Source: Bythopirellula sp.
Lineage (GTDB): Bacteria > Planctomycetota > Planctomycetia > Pirellulales > Lacipirellulaceae
NCBI GenBank assembly: GCA_965216565.1
Contig: OZ244170.1
Location: forward strand, 160,001-224,000
Reading direction: 5' to 3'
Length of the DNA: 64,000 nt
Positions 18,221 through 27,303 of the stretch are shown in pieces; position 1 is the stretch's first letter; each line of letters starts with the position of its first letter. The notes under the pieces are model-generated. The model was given only the letters and a program-made list of their open reading frames with translations. It did no database searches and was not told the origin of the DNA. A program made the translations under genes and the position numbers.

Positions 18221-19501
18221 GTGCCTCGCGTTGTTTCGTTTATCGTGCTGCTAGCGATCATTATGCTGATTGGCTCGATGTTTTTTCAGGTGATGGTTCA
18301 GTTTATCGTTCCTCTATTTCTGGCGGCGGTATTGGTGGTGGTGTTTAAACCCTTCCACCTGTGGATGCTCGAGCGAATTCCCGATCGGCCACGAGTGACG
18401 GCGGCGCTTACCACTTTGGCCATTGTTCTCGCGGTCCTGCTGCCGATTTGTGGACTGCTTGTGCGGGCAGTTTCCGAAGGTGCCACGCTCTATCACGAAT
18501 TCTACGAAAAGCAAGCAGCCGCTCAGCAGCGAGAATTGTTTGTGAGGGATCAGGCAGAGCTCTCTGACGAGGCGTCCGATGGCGAGGAGGCTGCGGCCAA
18601 ACCAAGTGTTTACCACACCGTGATCGATCAGGTGGTGCAAGCCATCAATCCTACGCTTGAGAGACTCGATCTGCATCAATTGAACAGCGATCATCTGCAG
18701 ACTTATGCGACCGAGCAATTGCAATCGGTCGCAGCGCCATTGGCCTTGGGTGGCGTGAAAGTTTTGGGGAGTACCTTAATAGGGTTGGCCATCATGGTGC
18801 TGACGATGTACTACTTTTTTTCCGATGGACCCAGCATGGCGAAGGCGCTGATGCGGCTCTCGCCATTGGATGATGAATACGAACAGGAATTGCTCGACAA
18901 GTTTGGCGACATTAGCCGTGCCGTGGTGGTTGCCACGCTTGCCTCCGCCTTTGTGCAGGGAATCTTGGCCGGCTTTGGTTATTGGGTAGCGGGGGTCGAC
19001 ATGGTGTTCCTGCTTACGGCGCTCACTGCGTTTATGTCGATGGTCCCTTTTGTCGGTGCCGCAGCGATTTGGATTCCCGTCTGTCTGGGGCTCTATTTCT
19101 ACAATGGCAATCCTGAATATCCAGACGGCCGTCCCATGGCAGCGCTGGCTTTGGCTGTGTACTGCCTGGCCGTCGTATCGACGGTCGACAACGTGATTAA
19201 ACCCTGGGTGCTTCACGGCCAATCGAAGTTGCACCCATTGCTCGCGCTACTGAGTGTGATTGGCGGCGTGCAGGCGCTGGGGCCCATTGGCATTTTGGTT
19301 GGGCCAATGCTGGTGGCATTTTTGCAGGCCCTACTCGGCATGTTGAACAAGGAACTGCACCTACTAGGCCAAGAGGCCGACACCCACGGCACACCGGTGG
19401 TATTCGCCACCGGGGAAGGGGAGGCAGAACAATCGTCCCTCACGGCTTCTGCGAATGAATCGAAGCAGTCCAAGAAAAAAAAGAACAAGAAGAAGTCGTG
19501 A
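18221..19501 (+). CDS. AI-2E family transporter (PerM/YdiK-like)
   Basis: YYFFSDG, QGILAG, PFVG, DNVIKP, LHPL, GPIGILVGP. GGAG RBS. Confidence 0.9.
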   Translation: MPRVVSFIVLLAIIMLIGSMFFQVMVQFIVPLFLAAVLVVVFKPFHLWMLERIPDRPRVTAALTTLAIVLAVLLPICGLLVRAVSEGATLYHEFYEKQAAAQQRELFVRDQAELSDEASDGEEAAAKPSVYHTVIDQVVQAINPTLERLDLHQLNSDHLQTYATEQLQSVAAPLALGGVKVLGSTLIGLAIMVLTMYYFFSDGPSMAKALMRLSPLDDEYEQELLDKFGDISRAVVVATLASAFVQGILAGFGYWVAGVDMVFLLTALTAFMSMVPFVGAAAIWIPVCLGLYFYNGNPEYPDGRPMAALALAVYCLAVVSTVDNVIKPWVLHGQSKLHPLLALLSVIGGVQALGPIGILVGPMLVAFLQALLGMLNKELHLLGQEADTHGTPVVFATGEGEAEQSSLTASANESKQSKKKKNKKKS

Positions 19502-19600
19502 AGTAGAACAAGCCCGTTTAGCCGCGACTTGCAGTTTATCCGCGTTGGTGGGAGTCGTCGGGGCATCCGCCAGAGTGATGCTCACAAACAACTCGCCAGC

Positions 19601-22600
19601 TTACGCCCGGCGGGAAACAGGCCGATCGTCGGAGACGATGAAAGCCAACGGATTCTCCACCGCTTCGGCTGGTTCTTCGATTTCCCAGGAGTAAGCTGTT
19701 TGGGTGACCGGCTGTTCGATGAGTTCCTCTTTGACGACTTCTTCGATAATCTCTTCTTCGATGCGTTCGACAAATGGGTAATCGTAGAATGTGGTTGGCG
19801 ACTCTTCGACAATTGGCTCAACCACTGGCTCAGGGGGCGGTGGCTGGATCGCGATTTCTACCGGTTCTGAGATCTCTTTGGGGACGATCATTTCGGCGAC
19901 GGGTTCTTCAACAACGGGCTCTTCCACCACCACTTCCTCGATTGCTTCTTGCACGGGAGCACCTGCTCGGCGTGGTAGTCGGCGGCAGTCGGCCCCGCAA
20001 TTCTGGAACATGTTCCATACATGCTCGTGGCATGTGAAGAACAGCAGTTGATGCCCGCCGGCCGCGAATTCGGCAAGTACTTCGGCAGCTCTTTGAGTGC
20101 GCGTGGCATCGAAGTTCACCAACACATCGTCCAGCACCATGGGGATATTAACACCTCGTTGGGCAAACATCGAAACGAGCGCTAGCCGCACGCTGAGGAG
20201 TAATTGCTCGCGGGTGCCACGGCTGAGGACGTCGACCTTCAGCGACTCGCCCTCTGAGGTCTCCACAAGCAGAATATCATCGGCCAGGGGCGTCCACACT
20301 CGTGTGTACTGTCCGCCAGTCAATTTAGCGAGATGAATTGAAGCCTCGGCCAGTGTATCGGGTTGCCGATACGCTTCGTAATATTCGCGGGTGCGTTCCA
20401 GGATTCGATTGAAAGTGGAAAGCTCTCGCCATGTTTGTCGTGCGTCAGCAATCTGTTTTTCTACACAGCTCAACTCCAATTGACGTTCGGCTAGCGATCG
20501 GTCTTCGACCAATGCGCGCTGCTCTTGGCGTAAAGCACCGCGCTGATCGACTAAGGATTTTAATTTCTCCTGCTCTTCTTGGAGCTTTGCAGCGGACTGT
20601 TCCCAACGCGCGTCGAGTTGTGAAATTCGCTCGAGGCTCAGCATTTCTGCGAAAGTCTCTTCCTGAGCGTGAGTCCCTACCGCGGCAGTGATTTCGCGGC
20701 TGAGCGATTCCATTTGCTTTTGCAATTCGCGGGCCTGCTGCTGCCTTTCGGCTAGCTGGCGGTAGGCCGTCTCGTCGTCGCAATCGGCGGCTTGGAACAG
20801 CCCTTCGCGTCGGCGCTTGAGTCCGGCAATCGACTTGCGGTGTTTGCCTTCTTCGGCTTTAAGCTCTCGGGCTCGTTCGACGAGCCCTTCACGTCGCTGA
20901 ATGTCGGAAAGTTGCTTGGCCCGTTGATCGATGAGATGCTCAAGCTGGTCGAGACTCGCCACCTGTTCGTCCTCACAGTCACCAAGCAGGCAACCGACTT
21001 CTCCTGCAACATCTACGACGCGGCGGGTGACGGCTGCGTGCTCGCGCTGACGTTGTTCGATTTCTTCGCGGCGAAGTTTCGCACGTCCCTGTAATTCGCT
21101 AAGCGATTGGTAACGCTCGGAGATTGAGAGAAAGACCTGCGGGTCTAGGTTTTCGGAAAAGCCCAGGCCTACGAGTTGCGATTTCCAATCGGCGAGTGCC
21201 GTTTTCAAATTCTGCTCGGCTTGCTGGAACCGCGATTCTGCCGTAGCCACCTCGTGACCCGCCTGACGACGCTGCGCTTCCACTGGGAGCATGCTTTCCA
21301 GCTCTTCCAAGTGTTGTTCGGCTGCTTCCAATCGCAGTTCGGCCGAACCATCGGTGATGGAGAGTTCTTCGTCGAGCTTCTCTTTGTCTGCTTGGGCATC
21401 CGCAATTTGGCGGGCCAGCACATCGAGTTGGTTATGGCAGGCATCGAGCTTGTCAGCCGCAGCGTCTTCCAAGAAGAATTTGAAAACGAAGCTGAAAGCG
21501 GCAACACCTAAGCCGACAATTGCCATGAAGCTGCCGTAGCGACCCAAAGGCGATTCAGGTGCCAACAGCCACAGTCCAACAAACAGAGCACCCACTACGA
21601 CCGCTGCGAGAGACCAGCCGAATAGCGAAAGTGGCATTACCTGATCGTCGAGTAAATCGTGGCTCTGGGCCTCCATGTCTTGAGAATGTCGTTGCGCTTG
21701 TTCCAGGCGTCGTTCGACTTTTTCGCGACGGCGCAATTGAGCAACCAGATCGCTGGCTTGTTCAATATCCATCGGCAAGCCGTGTTTCTCGCCACCGACA
21801 ATAGCGGAGTCGATCTGTGCCTTGAGCGTTCTTTCGCTTTCGGTTTGCAGATCGAGCTGCCGTTGAGCTTTATCGACCAGCTTTTGAGCGGAGCGGACGG
21901 TGTCGATATATGGCTGAAGATCTTCGATTTGAGCAGCGTCAATATCCTGCAGACGATCGTTGTCTTTGACTCCCAAGGCGGTAGCGAGGCGAGATTGTTC
22001 GTTAGACAAGCGTTGCTCGAAATTGTGTGCTTCGGTGCCGAGGTCGTCGATTTGTCGTTCGAGCGATTGCAGCCAATCGCGCTGCTCGCCGAGGGCTTCG
22101 ATGCGACAAGAGTTTTTCACCAACAGTTCATTGATTCCGAGCTGCTCGCAATCTTCACGAAGCTGACGACGTTGTCCCTCGAGGATGTCAGCCTCTCGAC
22201 TGTGGGTTTCGATCTTCTTATTGAGCTCGTCCAGTCGCGGAAGGGCATCAGGAGCCAGGGGTACGCCGAGGCGCAATTCTTCCAACTGCGTGGCAATCTT
22301 GTCTCGTTTGCGCCAGTTGGGCTTTAGTCCAATGGCAATTTCCAAGGTTCGTGCGTCGCGCTCGCAAACGCTAAGCACACTTTCCTGCGATTGGATCTCT
22401 GAGTCGAGTTCCTTGATGCGGACGGCAAGCTGTGCCCACTTGCGGCTATGTTGACGAAGTTGCTCAATTTCGCCAATCAACACATCGCGCTGTACGGTTA
22501 GTTCGACGAGTTTGGAGTCTTGATCGCTGCCTGAGAGTAGTTCGCGGCGAGTCTTACGTAAGTTCTGGATGACATCGTAGAGACTCACGCGGTCGAGACC

Positions 22601-23065
22601 TGAGGTCAGACGGTAGAGCCACTGCGCGGCTTGGGTATCGCTAAGCGTGGCCAGCTGCTGAATTTCTTCCAGCCCGATCCCAAAGATGTTGGTGAAGGTT
22701 TCTTCGTCAATATCTGCTAACGCTTCGCGGAGCAGTCGATCGCCGCTGGTATTGCCCTCGGCGTCGGTGATAGTGACATGTCCCAAATCGTCGGGTCCAC
22801 GATCGGCAATGCGGCGGACGTCCAATTGTTCTTGGCGATCGAGAATACCGAGCGACCCACCGGGCAATCCGCCGTGAACTGGGGGTAAATAACGCTCACG
22901 TCGTTCGGGTGTCATACCGTAGAGCACAGAGCGGACGAACTGCATGACAGTGGTCTTGCCCGCTTCGTTCATTCCATAGAAAGCGGTGACGCCGGGCGAA
23001 AGCTGCTTGAGTTCCAGATGGTTCCAAACGCCAAAGCCATCGATGCGGATGTCGGTAATCTTCAT
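19601..23065 (-). CDS. SMC/Rad50-like ATPase (YhaN/SbcE-like, AAA_27) with central TM hairpin
   Basis: MKITDIRIDGFG, Walker A GMNEAGKTT, long coiled coils, signature LSRGTREQ, Walker B MVLDDVLVNFD, FFTCH. Confidence 0.88.
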   Translation of the reverse strand: MKITDIRIDGFGVWNHLELKQLSPGVTAFYGMNEAGKTTVMQFVRSVLYGMTPERRERYLPPVHGGLPGGSLGILDRQEQLDVRRIADRGPDDLGHVTITDAEGNTSGDRLLREALADIDEETFTNIFGIGLEEIQQLATLSDTQAAQWLYRLTSGLDRVSLYDVIQNLRKTRRELLSGSDQDSKLVELTVQRDVLIGEIEQLRQHSRKWAQLAVRIKELDSEIQSQESVLSVCERDARTLEIAIGLKPNWRKRDKIATQLEELRLGVPLAPDALPRLDELNKKIETHSREADILEGQRRQLREDCEQLGINELLVKNSCRIEALGEQRDWLQSLERQIDDLGTEAHNFEQRLSNEQSRLATALGVKDNDRLQDIDAAQIEDLQPYIDTVRSAQKLVDKAQRQLDLQTESERTLKAQIDSAIVGGEKHGLPMDIEQASDLVAQLRRREKVERRLEQAQRHSQDMEAQSHDLLDDQVMPLSLFGWSLAAVVVGALFVGLWLLAPESPLGRYGSFMAIVGLGVAAFSFVFKFFLEDAAADKLDACHNQLDVLARQIADAQADKEKLDEELSITDGSAELRLEAAEQHLEELESMLPVEAQRRQAGHEVATAESRFQQAEQNLKTALADWKSQLVGLGFSENLDPQVFLSISERYQSLSELQGRAKLRREEIEQRQREHAAVTRRVVDVAGEVGCLLGDCEDEQVASLDQLEHLIDQRAKQLSDIQRREGLVERARELKAEEGKHRKSIAGLKRRREGLFQAADCDDETAYRQLAERQQQARELQKQMESLSREITAAVGTHAQEETFAEMLSLERISQLDARWEQSAAKLQEEQEKLKSLVDQRGALRQEQRALVEDRSLAERQLELSCVEKQIADARQTWRELSTFNRILERTREYYEAYRQPDTLAEASIHLAKLTGGQYTRVWTPLADDILLVETSEGESLKVDVLSRGTREQLLLSVRLALVSMFAQRGVNIPMVLDDVLVNFDATRTQRAAEVLAEFAAGGHQLLFFTCHEHVWNMFQNCGADCRRLPRRAGAPVQEAIEEVVVEEPVVEEPVAEMIVPKEISEPVEIAIQPPPPEPVVEPIVEESPTTFYDYPFVERIEEEIIEEVVKEELIEQPVTQTAYSWEIEEPAEAVENPLAFIVSDDRPVSRRA

Positions 23066-23171
23066 GGTAATCGCCTGTTGGGCACATTGGTTTTTGGAGC
23101 AACCGTGCCAAAAAACTCTTCGAGTTAGATTTCTATCCCTCGACGCTGGCGGAGAGGGACTTATTAGGGTC

Positions 23172-24413
23172 TCAGGTTTCTTTAACGGTAAGTTGTTCTT
23201 CGCCGTCCATCATGTCGACCGCCATTTTGGATGCGGCCCAAAGCAGGTTGTCTCTTTCGGAGGCAGTCACCTTCGCCAGTCCTTTGAGGGCGGTCCCTAC
23301 GGAATCAGGCGGTAGGAGACCCTCTAAATCGAGTGAGATCTTCGAGTCGTCCTGCAGTTTGCGGAATTCGCGGAGCACGTCTCCCATAATGGTATCTTCG
23401 TCGTACCATTCGCGAGGCACGTCCAAAGGAGATTGGCACTCAAGCCCCACCGTCCACACTGCTGGTTGCTGCGTGCCAAATTGTTCGCGAAGCAGTGAAC
23501 TGATGTCATCGCTGATGCCGCCGGTGCGAATGTGATTGAGGATTTGTCCGCTACCCTCGATCTTCCAAGTCATCAACAGTGGCACACCCTGGTGTTTGAT
23601 CCGGAGCTTGGAAATCCGTTGTTCGATGAGCAGATAAAGAGCGTCTTCGTCGGTTCCTTTTACCACTTCAATGGTGTCGGTAAGCCAACGCAAGGAATCA
23701 GTTGCCACAAAGCGCGACTTGATGTTTCCGGCGTCGTCGACGGTTACCACCGTGCAGCCCCTCGCTCCCACCTCTTGCGGATTGCGGCCTTGCGGCGTGC
23801 CACTGTAGTGGGCAATGCCGGGCGATTCGTCGACCGTCTCGCGTGTGTGTTGACCTCCCAGGGCCATGTAGTGAACCCGATCGCCCTCGGTTCCGCGGGT
23901 GGCACCGGTAAAGTAAGCAACACCCACGGTAAATAATCCGTGTGCGTCGCGATGGAATCCGTCTTGGGAAAACTCGCCGTCTTCGCTGCGACTGATTCCT
24001 TGGATGGTAGCAACTTGTTCGCCGTCACGATGGTGGGCAAGCGTCTCCACTCGATCGACAGCAAAGATATGGACGTTCTCTGGCAACTCGCAACTCGACG
24101 GCCACGAGTTTGCGGGGTCGGACGCGCCGCAGGCCCAGTACACGCGGATATCGTGTTTGGCGAGGCGCTGGAATTGTTCGGTAAGAAAAACAACAGCCCG
24201 CGGACCGACGTATTGAAAGTCGACGATATCTCCTGCCAATAACAGTGCGTCGGCCCCTTCGGTCACGGCCGTATCGAATACCAACTCGGCTGCCTGATAA
24301 GGAGCGTCGAGGAATAAATCGCGCAAGTGCGGGGGCACTTCAGAAACGCCACCGAGGGGCTGTTCCAAATGAAAATCACTGGCGTGTACAAATCGCAGCG
24401 CGGGCTGGGACAT
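23172..24413 (-). CDS. Mre11/SbcD-like metallophosphoesterase (YhaO-like), degenerate motifs
   Basis: Start moved to ATG 24413 (GGAG upstream). RFVHASDFHL, LLAGDIVD, YMALGGQH, YSGTPQGR; directly upstream of the YhaN-like gene. Confidence 0.85.
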   Translation of the reverse strand: MSQPALRFVHASDFHLEQPLGGVSEVPPHLRDLFLDAPYQAAELVFDTAVTEGADALLLAGDIVDFQYVGPRAVVFLTEQFQRLAKHDIRVYWACGASDPANSWPSSCELPENVHIFAVDRVETLAHHRDGEQVATIQGISRSEDGEFSQDGFHRDAHGLFTVGVAYFTGATRGTEGDRVHYMALGGQHTRETVDESPGIAHYSGTPQGRNPQEVGARGCTVVTVDDAGNIKSRFVATDSLRWLTDTIEVVKGTDEDALYLLIEQRISKLRIKHQGVPLLMTWKIEGSGQILNHIRTGGISDDISSLLREQFGTQQPAVWTVGLECQSPLDVPREWYDEDTIMGDVLREFRKLQDDSKISLDLEGLLPPDSVGTALKGLAKVTASERDNLLWAASKMAVDMMDGEEQLTVKET

Positions 24414-24627
24414 GACGAGCCTCCATGCAGATGTCGAATACCGCGGCAACGTTTGCGGGTGTGCCAGCGGAAAGGTCCTTCTTGATGGCTACCAGTCTAA
24501 CCGGATTGGCGAATTCCACCAACTTCAGCTTGCGTTGGCAGCATGTGCTAGCATTCGCTGTGTCGATTTCCATGAATCAATAGCCGGACCGCCACTGTCT
24601 ACCCGCCGTGGTGGGCGGTCCGCCGAC

Positions 24628-24653
24628 TCCGGAGGCAGGTGTGCCTCCGGCTA
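24628..24653. repeat. 26-bp palindromic element (copy 1; copy 2 at 58699-58724)
   Basis: tccggaggcaggtgtgcctccggcta; 25/26 identical to the second copy. Confidence 0.75.
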
Positions 24654-24688
24654 CTTAGCAAGCTCGCGAGCGAATTGATCAGCACACG

Positions 24689-26449
24689 CTACTTCTCGTA
24701 CTCTTCTTCGCCGTAGCGGTCGTCCAAATAGCGTCGGCCTAGCTTGCGGCCGGCACTGCGAACCAAGCTGTGGTACTTATTGCGGATGTCGAGATAGCTC
24801 CAGAATAAGTACAGATTGCCAGCCCCGGAGCCACTGAGTAGGACCCAGGCCAGGATGAGGGGAAAGACTTTTCCAGCACTCTTACTGCCGCCGCTGTTCG
24901 TATCCGGTGTGCCAGGAGTTGGGCCGATGGGAAGTTTCTCGGCCGGCGAACGAGTATTGAAGAAGTTCGATTTCTCAGAGGCGTGGGGACTATTAAAGTT
25001 GGAGCTAGCGAAGTTGGAAGGCTGTGCCTGTGGCGATCCTGCTCGTGGAGTGTTGAATGAAGAGGTTCCGGTCGAACGATCGCTCGCCATATTCATGCCA
25101 GCGTTGGCTGGTTGGTTGAGCATTTCACGACGGATTTCGGGGACGGTTGGGGAGGTTTTCGTCTGGGAAGTCTGCAAATTGTTCTGAGAATTCTGAGATC
25201 CGTTAGGAAAGCTCAGGATCGAACTGGCCCGCGAGGCATTGTCTTGCCCGTTCCGATTGGCCATGTTCCCCGACTCACCATTGCTAGGAACACCGACGTG
25301 AACGCCATTCTGATTGTTGTCGGAGTAGCGGCCATTTTGGGTGTCGTATTGTTGGGCTAACGGGGCGTCTTCAAACCGTTTCGGTTCCGGCCACTTAGCT
25401 TGGATTCCACTGTTGTTAGTAACGGGTTGGGAATTGTCGGGTGTACGCCGGGGCGGAACGTTCCCGCTGGCGGGTTGCTGGTTATTTCTCGCGTAGCGCC
25501 CGTCGGTAGTGATGGGGTTTTGATTGCTAGGAGCTGTGTTGTTGGATCTAGGCAGAGTGCTATTGGTCTGGCTTGTGTTGTTGGTGCGGACTGTGTTGTT
25601 TTGTGCCGTACCACGAGGCAGAATTGGCTGGCCGGTGTTATTGTTTGCATCGAGAGCGTTGCTTCTGTTGTCGGCCGTGTTGTATCGATTGCCGGTGGCT
25701 GGTCGCAACTCGACCGGTCGCCGATCTGCCGGTCGTACCGTGCCTGCAGCGGAGTTGTTGTCGTCGCCGAAGAGTTGGCGGATATCGGCCTGGCTCGACG
25801 AGTTGGCACTGCGGATGTTGTTTGAATTCTGCGGAGACGATTGCTTGGGCGAAATGTTTGTCGCTTGCCGAGGCAGAATGTCACTCGCCTGTTTCGGAAG
25901 AATGGCTTGTGCGCGCGGAACGATCTCGTTTTCAAAAGCATCTCTTGTTTGCTCGGCAGTACGTTGCAATGAACGAGCGAATTCTTGCGTGTTGGCTTTG
26001 ATCTGATTGCCATTGGGGAGTTGTGAGCCCCGGGGAAGAATGGAATTGCTTTGACCGCTGGTGGGCAAGATGTCCTGGCGATTGGGTTGGCTGGAATAGC
26101 GTGGGGCAATGTTAGTGTGACTGCCCTGGGCGTATTGCCCGCGCACTATATCCGTATCTGGCGAGGCATCCTCAGCAGCGATCTCGTCTGTATTGGGTTT
26201 GAATTGCGTGACCAATTCTCGCCGAGGCAGGTCCTGGTTGCCGGCCACAATGCGGATCCGTCGGATGGGCTGGACGGAGTCGGGAATGTCCGTCGAAATG
26301 GGCACCGATTCGCCCCGTTCCAACTGGGCGAGCAATTCGCGGTCGAGCTGGACGATGTATTCGTAGCTCTCGCTACCATCGGGCATCGGTTGCCAGCCGA
26401 AAGAAACTCCCAGGGTCGACGCTACAAAGACGAATATGGCTGTCTGCAT
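24689..26449 (-). CDS. Hypothetical protein: signal peptide, small N-domain, long N/Q/S/P-rich disordered region, C-terminal TM
   Basis: Start ATG 26449 with AGGA RBS. MQTAIFVFVASTLGVSFGWQP..YEYIVQL; C-terminal LILAWVLLSGSGAGNLYLFW followed by a basic tail. Confidence 0.75.
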   Translation of the reverse strand: MQTAIFVFVASTLGVSFGWQPMPDGSESYEYIVQLDRELLAQLERGESVPISTDIPDSVQPIRRIRIVAGNQDLPRRELVTQFKPNTDEIAAEDASPDTDIVRGQYAQGSHTNIAPRYSSQPNRQDILPTSGQSNSILPRGSQLPNGNQIKANTQEFARSLQRTAEQTRDAFENEIVPRAQAILPKQASDILPRQATNISPKQSSPQNSNNIRSANSSSQADIRQLFGDDNNSAAGTVRPADRRPVELRPATGNRYNTADNRSNALDANNNTGQPILPRGTAQNNTVRTNNTSQTNSTLPRSNNTAPSNQNPITTDGRYARNNQQPASGNVPPRRTPDNSQPVTNNSGIQAKWPEPKRFEDAPLAQQYDTQNGRYSDNNQNGVHVGVPSNGESGNMANRNGQDNASRASSILSFPNGSQNSQNNLQTSQTKTSPTVPEIRREMLNQPANAGMNMASDRSTGTSSFNTPRAGSPQAQPSNFASSNFNSPHASEKSNFFNTRSPAEKLPIGPTPGTPDTNSGGSKSAGKVFPLILAWVLLSGSGAGNLYLFWSYLDIRNKYHSLVRSAGRKLGRRYLDDRYGEEEYEK

Positions 26450-26879
26450 AATTGAATCCTTTCTGACGGCGATATTGACCAGCCCAGCCAAATGCCGCAC
26501 GACTGCGATCCAATGGGTAGCGGAGCCTCCCAGCTTCGCTGGCCAAGCCCATCGGCAAGGGTCGATTCTAATCCAATTTGCCATGTCAGCCTATACAAGT
26601 GCCAACTTGCCCTCAGGCGGGTCCGTCTGCAGCCTATATGCGACGGAATCGACTCCGGCTAGAATGGCCCTTCCCATGGGGCAGAACCCGGCGGAGGGCG
26701 ACAAAAACCGCACCGGCGATTTTGTCTAAAACCGGCCTGTGGCACACACTTACGATGTGTGGCTAAAATGCTAGCTGCTGGGTCGTCATGACGAACCGCC
26801 TGGCGATCAGATTTCTCATCTGCTGCTTCGGCAGCATTGCGTGAACCAAGAAAAATAGACAGTTGTTAGAGGATAGAAA

Positions 26880-27191
26880 ATGGTGATTGGGATGGCATCG
26901 TCTTTGGAAACGTCTCTAGATTTGGCGCTGGGCTCGCTCGGTGCGAACCCAGCGGGTCAGAGGTGGAGTGAACCTGCATGCCCGGTACTAGCTCCTGAAG
27001 TTGCTGAGGTGGACGACCCGTTCGACGATTTTGAAGAGGACGATTTCGACGACGAATTTGACGACGACTTCGAAGAAGATTGGGATGACGATCTCACCGA
27101 AGACGAAGAGTTTCCCGATACGTTTGGGGGCGATGAGGAAGAAGCAGAAACCTCTCCCTTTAGCGACGACCCCGACTTTGATGACGACTGA
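26880..27191 (+). CDS. Small hyper-acidic hypothetical protein
   Basis: GAGG RBS. C-terminal ~60 aa is D/E-rich with periodic aromatic residues; co-oriented with ileS. Confidence 0.7.
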   Translation: MVIGMASSLETSLDLALGSLGANPAGQRWSEPACPVLAPEVAEVDDPFDDFEEDDFDDEFDDDFEEDWDDDLTEDEEFPDTFGGDEEEAETSPFSDDPDFDDD

Positions 27192-27297
27192 GGAAGTTTG
27201 AGGTTTGAAGTTTGAAGTGTGAAGTACGTCCGACTTCAAACTTTCCAGGGTAAGTAGGACATTTCAAACTTCAACATTCATACTTCACACTTCCAGC
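27190..27297. repeat. Inverted heptamer arrays (TTGAAGT-like / ACTTCAA-like)
   Basis: gaagtttgaggtttgaagtttgaagtgtgaagt ... atttcaaacttcaacattcatacttcacacttcc; can fold into a long imperfect hairpin ending just before the ileS ATG. Confidence 0.75.
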
Positions 27298-27303
27298 CTC
27301 CCT

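Noticed and set aside
19601..24413. Anti-phage SMC system (Wadjet/Lamassu)
   Set aside because: No kleisin/kite or effector genes; layout matches YhaO/YhaN in a housekeeping context.
27190..27303. T-box leader for ileS
   Set aside because: Too short, no T-box (AAGGTGGNACC-like) motif; explained by heptamer repeats.
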